From an uncultured Alphaproteobacteria bacterium (GTDB taxonomy: Bacteria > Pseudomonadota > Alphaproteobacteria > Methylaequorales > Methylaequoraceae), in contig CACIYM010000001.1 in the NCBI GenBank assembly GCA_902590895.1, positions 68,477 through 132,476 on the forward strand: a DNA stretch of 64,000 nt, given 5' to 3'. The position numbers and the translations under genes are program-made. Under the pieces are notes generated by a model. That model was given only the letters and a program-made list of their open reading frames with translations, searched no databases and was not told where the DNA came from. Positions 19,976 to 28,193 of the stretch are shown here, piece after piece (positions within the stretch are counted from its first letter, which is position 1; every line of letters begins with the position of its first letter).

Positions 19976-20665
19976 TTAATTTTGTTTAGCTTTTAATACA
20001 ACTTTTTTTTGATTTTTTGCAAAACCATATATAACTTTACCACTTTTAATATTTTTTACCTTCAAAACATCCATAAAATCTGCATTTTCTAATGCTATAC
20101 CCTGATCTTTAACCGTTATGCTACCTATTTTGTTTTCTATTATTATAGAGCTATTTTTTTGAATTAGCCAATCTTTTTCAAGATTTGAATGATAAATAGG
20201 TCTGTTGGAGTTAATTGATTTCTTAAGTTTTTTTCCAATAAGATCTGTTTTATTTTTAACCAAATCATTTTTATTATTAACACGCTTTTTAATTACAATG
20301 ACATCGTCTTCATTTATAATTGTTCCACTTTTCATACTATTTTTTAAAGCTAATACATTTACGTTGTTTTTTGTCTTATTATTAGACTCTACATTTTGTT
20401 TGTTTCTGACAATAAAACTCCATTTATCCTCACCAATGCAATTAACTTTGATTAATCTATAGCTACCAGAGATATCAGAAATTAAAAGATCTTTCTCATT
20501 ACAATATGGATATTTAATATTATCTAAAATTTCTATTTGGGTTTTAGCTCCTTTAGTTTTTAACCAGTTCGAAATTCTTTCTTTTAATTCAAAGCCATTT
20601 ATGGTGGATGCGTTTGAATAATTAAAAATAAAACACAAAATAAATGAATAAATAAATTTTCTCAT
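19976..20665 (-). CDS. flgA: flagellar P-ring assembly chaperone FlgA
   Basis: 229 aa with a signal peptide. C-terminal SAF-like segment (GKKLKKSINSNRPIYHSNL...VKNIKSGKVIYG). Confidence 0.7.
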   Translation of the reverse strand: MRKFIYSFILCFIFNYSNASTINGFELKERISNWLKTKGAKTQIEILDNIKYPYCNEKDLLISDISGSYRLIKVNCIGEDKWSFIVRNKQNVESNNKTKNNVNVLALKNSMKSGTIINEDDVIVIKKRVNNKNDLVKNKTDLIGKKLKKSINSNRPIYHSNLEKDWLIQKNSSIIIENKIGSITVKDQGIALENADFMDVLKVKNIKSGKVIYGFAKNQKKVVLKAKQN

Positions 20666-20670
20666 TAAAG

Positions 20671-21102
20671 TTAATTTCCGTAAAAGTAAATGTGATTTTT
20701 TTTATTATCAAAGCTTGTTTTCTTATCAGGCTTATTTTTTACTAAATTCATTATTTGATTAACAGATGGTATAGCAATCCTTTTTCCCGAGAATAAGTAA
20801 TTAGGATTATTTCTTACAAATGCATGTTTATTAATCTCAACAAGAGAAAGTTCCACTATTCTCATGTTTAAACCAGAGTTACCATAATATTTTTTAAGAA
20901 TTACACTCAATGATTCTCCATCTTTAACTAAGTGTGAGGTTGAATAATTTTGATCTTTAATAAATTTATTATTTTTATTAATTTTTGATGAGGCATTGCT
21001 TGACATGTTACCTTTGTATTCAAGTACGACAAAAGGTTCGTTTGATTTTGAAACTGTAAAGTTTAAAAAAAATACAAAAATAATAAAGTAAAATTTTTTC
21101 AT
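20671..21102 (-). CDS. secreted FimV/HubP-type LysM-domain protein
   Basis: 143 aa with a signal peptide. HLVKDGESLSVILKKYY...LVEINKHAFVRNNPNYLFSGKRIAIPS resembles the FimV N-terminal LysM pattern (..NP.AF...N.L..G..L.iP). Confidence 0.5.
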   Translation of the reverse strand: MKKFYFIIFVFFLNFTVSKSNEPFVVLEYKGNMSSNASSKINKNNKFIKDQNYSTSHLVKDGESLSVILKKYYGNSGLNMRIVELSLVEINKHAFVRNNPNYLFSGKRIAIPSVNQIMNLVKNKPDKKTSFDNKKNHIYFYGN

Positions 21103-21110
21103 GGTTTTTC

Positions 21111-22289
21111 CTAATTCATAAATCTAATTAATTTTCCGTTAATATCCTCTTTTTTATTTGCAGGATTTAGAATTTCTAAAACAGAGAAATCTCCACTTGA
21201 ATCTTTAACTGTAACAACGATCCAATCTCTCATTGAATGATTAGGGTTATTGTTAGATGCAAATCCAACCTTTCCTATTTGAACACCTTGATTAATACCA
21301 AGTGGAATTGTTAAAACATCTTTCACAAGTTCAGCTCTTGCCTCAAGTGGGTAACATTTTAATCTATCTTTGACTCTAAATTGCATTTTAGAAATACTAT
21401 TTTGAACGACTTCTTCAATTTTGTCATATGGTATTTTATAAAAGCCATCCACATGTTGATAGCCTGTTTCAATACCCAATAACACCGAAAAATTATAATT
21501 TAGGGTATCTATAATATTAAAATTAGTTCCCTCAAAAAGATTGATTGTTAGTGCAACATCAACTTTATTTAAAAATCTTGTCAACGTTCCTTTGCTGCGT
21601 TTCAGTTCAATTAGAGTGTGCATACCAAATTCACCTGATTTAAGAGAACCTGATTTTCCTTCAACTAACGCCTGATAATCCAAACTTATAGGTAACGCAG
21701 AAAATTTCTTTGGATTAAAATCAAAATTTGTTGAATCCTTTAATGAAATTTGATCAAAACTAGTTAAATTCTCAAATATTTTTTGAGATATTAACAGGGG
21801 TAAACTCTGTAATTGAGCAGGAAGTTTACTTGAAACCACAAAATTTGGTTTAAAATAACTTAAGTTAATATTACTTCTCGCTGAACAGTCTAGTAAACTA
21901 TTTATACTTACTAAAATAGCCTTAATTTTTACAGTGTAGTGAGTTTCGTCTTTGCTTTCCTCTAAAATTACAAAGTCCTTAATTGATGATGATGGTCTAA
22001 TCAATAAATTTTCATTTAATGAAGTATTGGTGTCAACCGTTGAATAGCCGTCTATTTTAGCACCAGCTTGCAGACTAGCCAAATACAAAGCATCGTCTAG
22101 AGCTCTTTTTTTTGCAATCATTTCATTTCCATCAACAATTACAGCTCTTCCTTCTGAAATAATAGCTTTGTGAGAAATTTCTTGAGCAACTAGCAATGTT
22201 GATGCAAAAAGAAAAAATAGCAATGTAGTTACAAAAACTATTAATTCTTTTATTACAGAATCAACTTTATTATAAGTAAACTTTTTCAA
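21111..22289 (-). CDS. flgT: FlgT-like flagellar H-ring/assembly protein
   Basis: 392 aa with an N-terminal signal/anchor. AKKRALDDALYLASLQAGAKIDGYS and the C-terminal beta-rich region resemble Vibrio FlgT. Adjacent to flgP. Confidence 0.55.
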   Translation of the reverse strand: MKKFTYNKVDSVIKELIVFVTTLLFFLFASTLLVAQEISHKAIISEGRAVIVDGNEMIAKKRALDDALYLASLQAGAKIDGYSTVDTNTSLNENLLIRPSSSIKDFVILEESKDETHYTVKIKAILVSINSLLDCSARSNINLSYFKPNFVVSSKLPAQLQSLPLLISQKIFENLTSFDQISLKDSTNFDFNPKKFSALPISLDYQALVEGKSGSLKSGEFGMHTLIELKRSKGTLTRFLNKVDVALTINLFEGTNFNIIDTLNYNFSVLLGIETGYQHVDGFYKIPYDKIEEVVQNSISKMQFRVKDRLKCYPLEARAELVKDVLTIPLGINQGVQIGKVGFASNNNPNHSMRDWIVVTVKDSSGDFSVLEILNPANKKEDINGKLIRFMN

Positions 22290-22320
22290 ACTTATTTCCT
22301 TTATACTTTATTAATAACTC

Positions 22321-22824
22321 TTAAATTGATTGTGCTTGTCTAAATAAATATGCGACCATATCCTGATCGATTTCTAATACTGTTTCATATGTATCAGAGC
22401 CAGTTGGATTAATTCTAACTGTTCGTGCGCCTCTTATTACGCCTGAAACGATGCCTCTGAAAGTATCATTTTGAACCATTAAATCTATAACTGTAGTATT
22501 ACTATCAACCTTTAAACCATGTATTTGCTCTGCTAATTCTCTCATCGCCGACATTCTTGCTGCCCTGATAGCCATTAAACGTCTTTGTTCGATGCTTTGA
22601 CCAGGTTGTGTTGATACAACTGCATAACCTGTTGCTGTTAAGGTTGGAAATGTTATCGATGCACCATCAAGTAATTCTCTAGTTTTATTTAATTGATTTG
22701 TTGGAGCAGAATATTCGTCATCGGTTTGAGCAAAGCTTGTTTGATTTAATCCTAGATTTCCCAACATGCCTGGGGCACAAGACTGTGTTATTAAAATTAA
22801 TATAGCTAAAAAAGTTTTTTTCAT
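22321..22824 (-). CDS. flgP: FlgP / LPP20-family flagellar outer-membrane lipoprotein
   Basis: 167 aa. Lipobox LITQSC. RRLMAIRAARMSAMRELAEQIHGLKVDS...GVIRGAR is the LPP20/FlgP pattern. Confidence 0.65.
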   Translation of the reverse strand: MKKTFLAILILITQSCAPGMLGNLGLNQTSFAQTDDEYSAPTNQLNKTRELLDGASITFPTLTATGYAVVSTQPGQSIEQRRLMAIRAARMSAMRELAEQIHGLKVDSNTTVIDLMVQNDTFRGIVSGVIRGARTVRINPTGSDTYETVLEIDQDMVAYLFRQAQSI

Positions 22825-22870
22825 TTTTTTTTCCTTATGATAGTTATTTAGTTATTCTGGAAAGTCTTTT

Positions 22871-22885
22871 GCATAATTTATGCCA
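22871..22885 (-). promoter_or_regulatory. sigma-54-type promoter for the flgP-flgT-...-flgA operon
   Basis: The minus strand reads TGGCAT-AAATT-ATGC, with correct GG-N10-GC spacing. The predicted TSS is ~35 nt upstream of the flgP ATG, followed by an AAGGA SD. Confidence 0.55.
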
Positions 22886-22921
22886 TTATTTCTTTTTATT
22901 CCGTTTGCAAATCTTTGTCCG

Positions 22922-22937
22922 TGGCATACGCCTTGCA
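22922..22937 (+). promoter_or_regulatory. sigma-54 promoter for flhA-flhF-flhG-fliA
   Basis: The plus strand reads TGGCAT-ACGCC-TTGCA. The predicted TSS is ~76 nt upstream of the flhA ATG. Confidence 0.7.
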
Positions 22938-23023
22938 TCAATTGAGTTATGAAAAAAAATAAAAAAAAACCCTTTATTATTGGGACTTTTTCTTGTCAAT
23001 ATTTTGACCAAAAAGGAAATTAG

Positions 23024-25156
23024 ATGGATCTAGTATTAAAAAGCTTTCAAAAAGAAAATTTTTTTAATTTTTTAAGAACATTTAGCATTCCAATTGGAAT
23101 TATGGTTTTAATCGCGATGATGGTTATTCCATTGAGTCCCACAATGCTGGATATTCTCTTTACTTCAAATCTATTAGTTTCTTTACTTGTTTTAATGGTA
23201 GCATTACAGACCTTCCGACCTCTAGACTTTTCAAGTTTTCCAACTGTTTTGTTATTTGCTACCGTTTTAAGACTCGGACTAAATGTCGCTTCAACCAGAG
23301 TAATTTTAAAAAATGGTCATAATGGTACAGATGCTGCTGGAAGCATTATTGAAGCCTTTGGTGAATTCGTTATGTCGGGGAGTTATGCTGTAGGCCTCTT
23401 TGTTTTTGCAATTTTAGTGATTATTAACCTTATTGTAATCACAAAAGGAGCTGGGAGAGTTTCCGAGGTTGCCGCAAGATTTACTTTGGATGCGATGCCT
23501 GGAAAACAAATGGCAATTGATGCTGACTTGAATGCAGGAGTTTTATCTACTGAGGAGTCAAAACAGAGAAGAAAAGAAATTGCTAAAGAAGGAGAATTTT
23601 ATGGAGCTATGGATGGTGCAGCAAAGTTTGTAAAGGGAGATGCAATAGCCGGAATTTTAATTTTAATTATCAATATCATCGGTGGGTTAATTATTGGTAC
23701 TGTTAATCACGACCTTACCATATCTCAATCTGCTGAAAGTTATATTCTTTTAACAGTTGGTGATGGTTTGGTAGCCCAAATTCCTTCATTACTATTAGCA
23801 ATGGCAACTGCAACGATTGTTACAAGAATTTCTTCAGATGAACATGATCTAGCTGGACAAATTTCAACTCAAATGGGTTTATCGAAGGCTTGGGTACCGG
23901 TTTCTGGTGTATTATTATTATTTGGTCTTGTTCCTGGAATGCCAAATACCTTGTTTTTAGCTGGTGCAGTTATATCAGCTACAATTGCTTGGTACACATC
24001 AAAGAATTCAGAGGCAATTGATAAAGAGACTACAGAAGAAGAAAAAGAAGAAAATCATGGTAAAATTGATATTGAAGAGGTGTCAGATAACTCTTCGGTA
24101 TCTTTAGATCTTGGATATGGACTAATTTCAATGGTTGATTCAAATGAAAAAAAGTCAGCTGGCCCTCTAATTTCAAAGATAACTGGAATAAGAAAACAAG
24201 TATCAAAAGATTTAGGGTTTGTGATTCCAAATGTAAGAGTAAGAGATGATTTATCTTTAGATGCAAATGCTTATCAAATTAAAATTGGGCATACAATTGT
24301 CGCAGAGGATAAAATATATGTTGACAGAAAGCTTGCAATGCCAAGTGACGAAACACAACTTAAAATTCAAGGTATTCAAGTAAAAGATCCTTCTTTTGGT
24401 TTAGATGCTTATTGGATTGAAAAGCATTTGGTTTCAAAAGCTGAGTCACATCATTATATGATTATCGAACCTGAGGCAGTCATTGGGACTCATCTAAATC
24501 AAGTTTTACTCAAATATGCTGGAGATCTTTTAAGTCAAGACGATGTTCAACTCTTGTTGGATAATCTGGCAAAAATCAATCCACAGTTAGTTCAATCAGT
24601 GATACCTAAATTGATTCCTTTGCATCACCTAACAATTATTTTGAGAAATTTATTAGTAGAGAGAGTGCCAATTAATGATTTAAAAAAAATCTTAGAAGCA
24701 TTATCAAATCTTTCCGACAAAAAATTAAGTCCTGACGAACTTTCAGAAGCTGTGAGACCAGCAATCTCGTCGTTATTAATTCAAAAAATTTCAAGTGTAA
24801 AAGAAGCTTTAAACATAGTAACTTTTAATCCTGACTTAGAGCAAATGCTAATTTCAATGTCAAAAAAAAGTACCTCTGAAGGACTTTTAATTGACCCTAA
24901 CCTCGCTAAACAAATGATTAAATCAATACTAGAGATAAACGAAAAGACTTCCTCAGATGGAAATCCAGTAGTAATAGTTACATCACCTATTATTAGGAAA
25001 GACCTTTCAATTTTACTTCGTCAGCACATCGAGGATATCGTAGTTTTAGCTTTCACCGAACTTCCTGAAAGTAAAAGGGTTAAAGTAATTGCTACTGTTG
25101 GCGAAAAAATAATCACTGAAGAAAAGGAGAAAAACAATGAAAACGCAAACGTTTAA
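23024..25156 (+). CDS. flhA: flagellar export apparatus protein FlhA
   Basis: 710 aa. FHIPxR-region equivalents (RVSEVAARFTLDAMPGKQMAIDADL, AMDGAAKFVKGDAIAG) and a cytoplasmic C-terminal domain. Confidence 0.9.
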   Translation: MDLVLKSFQKENFFNFLRTFSIPIGIMVLIAMMVIPLSPTMLDILFTSNLLVSLLVLMVALQTFRPLDFSSFPTVLLFATVLRLGLNVASTRVILKNGHNGTDAAGSIIEAFGEFVMSGSYAVGLFVFAILVIINLIVITKGAGRVSEVAARFTLDAMPGKQMAIDADLNAGVLSTEESKQRRKEIAKEGEFYGAMDGAAKFVKGDAIAGILILIINIIGGLIIGTVNHDLTISQSAESYILLTVGDGLVAQIPSLLLAMATATIVTRISSDEHDLAGQISTQMGLSKAWVPVSGVLLLFGLVPGMPNTLFLAGAVISATIAWYTSKNSEAIDKETTEEEKEENHGKIDIEEVSDNSSVSLDLGYGLISMVDSNEKKSAGPLISKITGIRKQVSKDLGFVIPNVRVRDDLSLDANAYQIKIGHTIVAEDKIYVDRKLAMPSDETQLKIQGIQVKDPSFGLDAYWIEKHLVSKAESHHYMIIEPEAVIGTHLNQVLLKYAGDLLSQDDVQLLLDNLAKINPQLVQSVIPKLIPLHHLTIILRNLLVERVPINDLKKILEALSNLSDKKLSPDELSEAVRPAISSLLIQKISSVKEALNIVTFNPDLEQMLISMSKKSTSEGLLIDPNLAKQMIKSILEINEKTSSDGNPVVIVTSPIIRKDLSILLRQHIEDIVVLAFTELPESKRVKVIATVGEKIITEEKEKNNENANV

Positions 25157-26294
25157 AGCTAAAGATGTTAAGTCTGCTATAAATCTGGTAAACACAGAAT
25201 TTGGAGATAAAGCAATAATTTTATCAACAAAAAAAAATAATGGTTTTGTAGAGGTCGAAGCATCTGATAATGACGATATTATTTTTGATCATAAAAAAAA
25301 AGTTGAAGAAAATAAAAACTTTTCAAACGTTTTTTTGAAAGAATTAAAAACAAAAAATATTAATTCAACACTTAATGATAAAAATAAAGTTTCTTATCTA
25401 AATAAAGAAAATAGTAATATTAAAAAAGATAATATTTCAAAAGATTCAAAAGAAATCTTTGAAAAAATTAGAGACGATATAGCTTCATTAAGAAAAGAAA
25501 TGAATGGGATGATTGTTACAGATCAGTCAGGAATTTCTGATGAACTTTCTCATCAAACACCTATCAAGTTAAGACAAGAAAAATTTTCACCTGAAATAAT
25601 TAACAAACTTAATTACTCATTTATTGGAAAAAGTTTAGAAGATGGTAGAGTTTCATTTTTTAGAGAATTATCAAGAAAACTTGCATCAAATGATTTCTCA
25701 AGGTTATTAAAATCAAAAAATATATTTATATTTGGCAATTCTGGTTCTGGAAAATCCACTTTGGCTGCTAAACTTGCTTCTTTTCTATCAGATGCGAAAC
25801 AAACAAAAAAAATAAATTTTTTTGAGGTCTCTAACTCTAGTACTGGGTTATCTGACGTTCTCAAGTCCTATAGCAGGGTTTTGGGATTTAATTTAAATGA
25901 TTACAATACGTTTGATTTCAAGAATTATAGTGATACCAGCGAATGGATAAATATTTTTGATTTTTCTGGTGAATTGAATTTTAGTATTCAAAAAATAAAA
26001 GAGATCAAAAATTCATTTCCGTCTTTTGATTTTTGTTCTATATTGACAATACAAAGTGGTTCAAATTCAGAAATGATAAATGGGATAACAAAAAAAGTTG
26101 AAGAAATAAGACCAATGGTTGCGATTACAAAGCTTGACGAATGCTGGGTAGGTGCCGAGGAATTTTCTTCACTTGCTATTAATAATGCTAGAATTGGAAT
26201 GGTGACTGGAACAAAGATCATAATTGATTCAATTATTGAAGCAAATGAAAATGCTTTAACAAAATATATGAAAGATAATTTTGAAAATGTCTGA
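25137..26294 (+). CDS. flhF: flagellar SRP-type GTPase FlhF
   Basis: 385 aa. The N-terminus MKTQTFKAKDVKSAINLVNTEFGDKAIILS is FlhF B-domain-like. G1 is GNSGSGKST, G3 is DFSG, G4 is TKLDE. Confidence 0.75.
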   Translation: MKTQTFKAKDVKSAINLVNTEFGDKAIILSTKKNNGFVEVEASDNDDIIFDHKKKVEENKNFSNVFLKELKTKNINSTLNDKNKVSYLNKENSNIKKDNISKDSKEIFEKIRDDIASLRKEMNGMIVTDQSGISDELSHQTPIKLRQEKFSPEIINKLNYSFIGKSLEDGRVSFFRELSRKLASNDFSRLLKSKNIFIFGNSGSGKSTLAAKLASFLSDAKQTKKINFFEVSNSSTGLSDVLKSYSRVLGFNLNDYNTFDFKNYSDTSEWINIFDFSGELNFSIQKIKEIKNSFPSFDFCSILTIQSGSNSEMINGITKKVEEIRPMVAITKLDECWVGAEEFSSLAINNARIGMVTGTKIIIDSIIEANENALTKYMKDNFENV

Positions 26295-27084
26295 TTCAAT
26301 TGCAATAACTAGCGGAAAAGGTGGAGTTGGAAAAACAACAATTGCTGTAAACTTATCAATAGCTTTAAAAAAAATTTCCTCAGAAGTTTATCTTCTAGAT
26401 ACCGATTTAGGAATGGCCAACTCACATGTTTTGTTAGGTGTTAACCCAGCTCATTCAATTTCTGATGTAATAAATAATAAAAAAAAAATTTCTGAAATCA
26501 TCGTTCCAAGTAAAAGCGGGGTACAACTTATATCTGGAGGAACCGCTTCCAATAACTTACTGAATGTTGAGAACAAGAAAAGATACTCCATTTTAAATCA
26601 AATCGATAGCCATTTAAAAGATCAAAACGACGTTAAATTAGTAGTTGATATAGCTGCTGGTGCGGAGGACAATGCATTAGTGTTTGCAATGGCTTGCGAC
26701 AGAGTTGTGATTGTGATTATTGGAGAACCAACAAGTTTCGTTGACTCTTATGCACTTCTAAAGGCAATTTTTTCGAAATCATCATTTAAAAATTATTGTG
26801 TTGTTGTTAATCAGGTTCAAGATGAGGATCAAGGAAAAGATCTTTTTCTGAAATTTCAAAAAATTACTACAAGGTTTTTAGACGTTAATTTGCATTACGT
26901 AGGTTCAATTAAAAATTCTCCCAAAATAAGAAAGTCAATTATTAATAGGATCCCAATAGTTTCAGAGGAACCAAAATCCGATATTTCACAGAGCTTTCTC
27001 AGTGTTGCAAAGAATATTTACAACACTCCAACAAATGAGTGGGGAGGCCTAACATTTTTATCAAAAGTAAAAAAAAGAGCTTAA
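26281..27084 (+). CDS. flhG: MinD/ParA-type ATPase FlhG (FleN)
   Basis: 267 aa. Deviant Walker A SGKGGVGKTT almost at the N-terminus. Positioned between flhF and fliA. Confidence 0.8.
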   Translation: MKMSDSIAITSGKGGVGKTTIAVNLSIALKKISSEVYLLDTDLGMANSHVLLGVNPAHSISDVINNKKKISEIIVPSKSGVQLISGGTASNNLLNVENKKRYSILNQIDSHLKDQNDVKLVVDIAAGAEDNALVFAMACDRVVIVIIGEPTSFVDSYALLKAIFSKSSFKNYCVVVNQVQDEDQGKDLFLKFQKITTRFLDVNLHYVGSIKNSPKIRKSIINRIPIVSEEPKSDISQSFLSVAKNIYNTPTNEWGGLTFLSKVKKRA

Positions 27085-27091
27085 TGTCTAG

Positions 27092-27790
27092 ATGGCAAAT
27101 TATTATACAGACAAATCAAAAATTTCAATAAATCAACTTATTGAAAACAACCTTGAATTAGTTAAAAAAATTGCTTGGCAAATTTTTGGAAGAGTCCAAA
27201 GAGTTGTTGAGGTTGAAGATCTTATTCAACAAGGAATGGAGGGTTTAGTCTCTGCTGCTCAAAAGTATTCTCCGAAAGAGGGTGTAAATTTTCAACAATA
27301 TGCTCAGTTAAGAATTAGGGGCTCAATAATTGATTTTCTCAGAAAAAATTCAAATTTATGTAGGACCACTATTAAAAAAAAACAAGAATTTGAAAAATGT
27401 AAGGTTTCATTACAAAAAGAATTAAGTCGAGAGCCTAGTAAATACGAATTAATTGAAAAATTAGGTATTACTGATGATGAGTATAACTACTGGGAAAAAG
27501 CTTTTGAAGCCAATACTCTTCAAAGTTTAGATCAGGCATATGATGAGTACTCAGTAATATATGCAAGTTCATCAAATGATCCAGAAATATCACTTCAGGA
27601 TAAACAGTTGAAAGACCAAATTAAAAAAGCATTAAGTGTCCTAAACCAAAGAGAGGCAATGGTTGCACAGCTATATTATGTGGAAGAATTAAATATTTAT
27701 GAAATATCAGAAATCTTAGAGATTAGTACTGGAAGAATATCACAAATAAAAAAAGTAATAATTGAAAAATTAAGGCATGAAATTAGTTGA
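27092..27790 (+). CDS. fliA: flagellar sigma factor FliA (sigma-28)
   Basis: 232 aa. Region 2 (DLIQQGMEGLVSAAQKY, YAQLRIRGSIIDFLR) and a region 4 HTH (LNIYEISEILEISTGRISQI). Confidence 0.85.
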   Translation: MANYYTDKSKISINQLIENNLELVKKIAWQIFGRVQRVVEVEDLIQQGMEGLVSAAQKYSPKEGVNFQQYAQLRIRGSIIDFLRKNSNLCRTTIKKKQEFEKCKVSLQKELSREPSKYELIEKLGITDDEYNYWEKAFEANTLQSLDQAYDEYSVIYASSSNDPEISLQDKQLKDQIKKALSVLNQREAMVAQLYYVEELNIYEISEILEISTGRISQIKKVIIEKLRHEIS

Positions 27791-28193
27791 CCCAAAAAAA
27801 GAAAACTGGAAAGAGATAAATAAAATTGTATTAATTGTTAATGCTGTTGACTTTGATTACTCTGAAAAACTTGCTATAAATCTTAACTGTAACTTTGAAA
27901 ATATTTCCAAAGGAAGATGTACAGTGAGAATAAACGAAAAAAAAAATAAGTGTACAAATTCATTATCAGTTCTATCAAATCAAGCACTAATGATGGTTAA
28001 TATTTTTTATGAATATTTAGAGATTGAGAAGTTGGTTAACTTTATAATTTTAAACAAAAATAATAAAAAAAAAATAAAGGGTTTTATAGAAATTTTTGAT
28101 AATCTAATGGTTAACGACTCAGGTTATTTGTATGTAAATAATGAAATGGAAATAAAAATTAAAAAAATTTCTTGGAATATACCTATTATCTAG
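27777..28193 (+). CDS. hypothetical protein coupled to fliA
   Basis: 138-aa ORF overlapping the fliA end by 14 nt. N/K/I-rich, with no motif recognised. Confidence 0.35.
   Translation: MKLVDPKKENWKEINKIVLIVNAVDFDYSEKLAINLNCNFENISKGRCTVRINEKKNKCTNSLSVLSNQALMMVNIFYEYLEIEKLVNFIILNKNNKKKIKGFIEIFDNLMVNDSGYLYVNNEMEIKIKKISWNIPII

Noticed and set aside
19941-19995. Sigma-28 promoter for flgM (minus strand TAAA-N15-GTCGTATA), and a similar GTCGATTT upstream of 19299
   Set aside because: Only about half of the GCCGATAA -10 consensus matches. TAAA is uninformative in AT-rich DNA.
22858-22873. Second plus-strand sigma-54-like motif TGGAAA-GTCTT-TTGCA overlapping the flgP promoter
   Set aside because: The spacing is correct but the -24 element is degenerate. 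Its -12 element is the reverse reading of the flgP -12 region. It may be a by-product of the palindromic TTGCAT/ATGCAA core.
22993-23010. Imperfect inverted repeat TTGTCAA-N4-TTGACCA in the flhA 5' UTR as a regulator binding site
   Set aside because: It is short, imperfect and AT-rich. It is indistinguishable from chance without comparative data.
27777-28193. 138-aa ORF as a PilZ (YcgR-like brake) or CheY-like receiver
   Set aside because: NISKGR is one residue off the D/N-x-S-x-x-G motif and there is no RxxxR. There is no acidic receiver pocket either. The evidence is insufficient.
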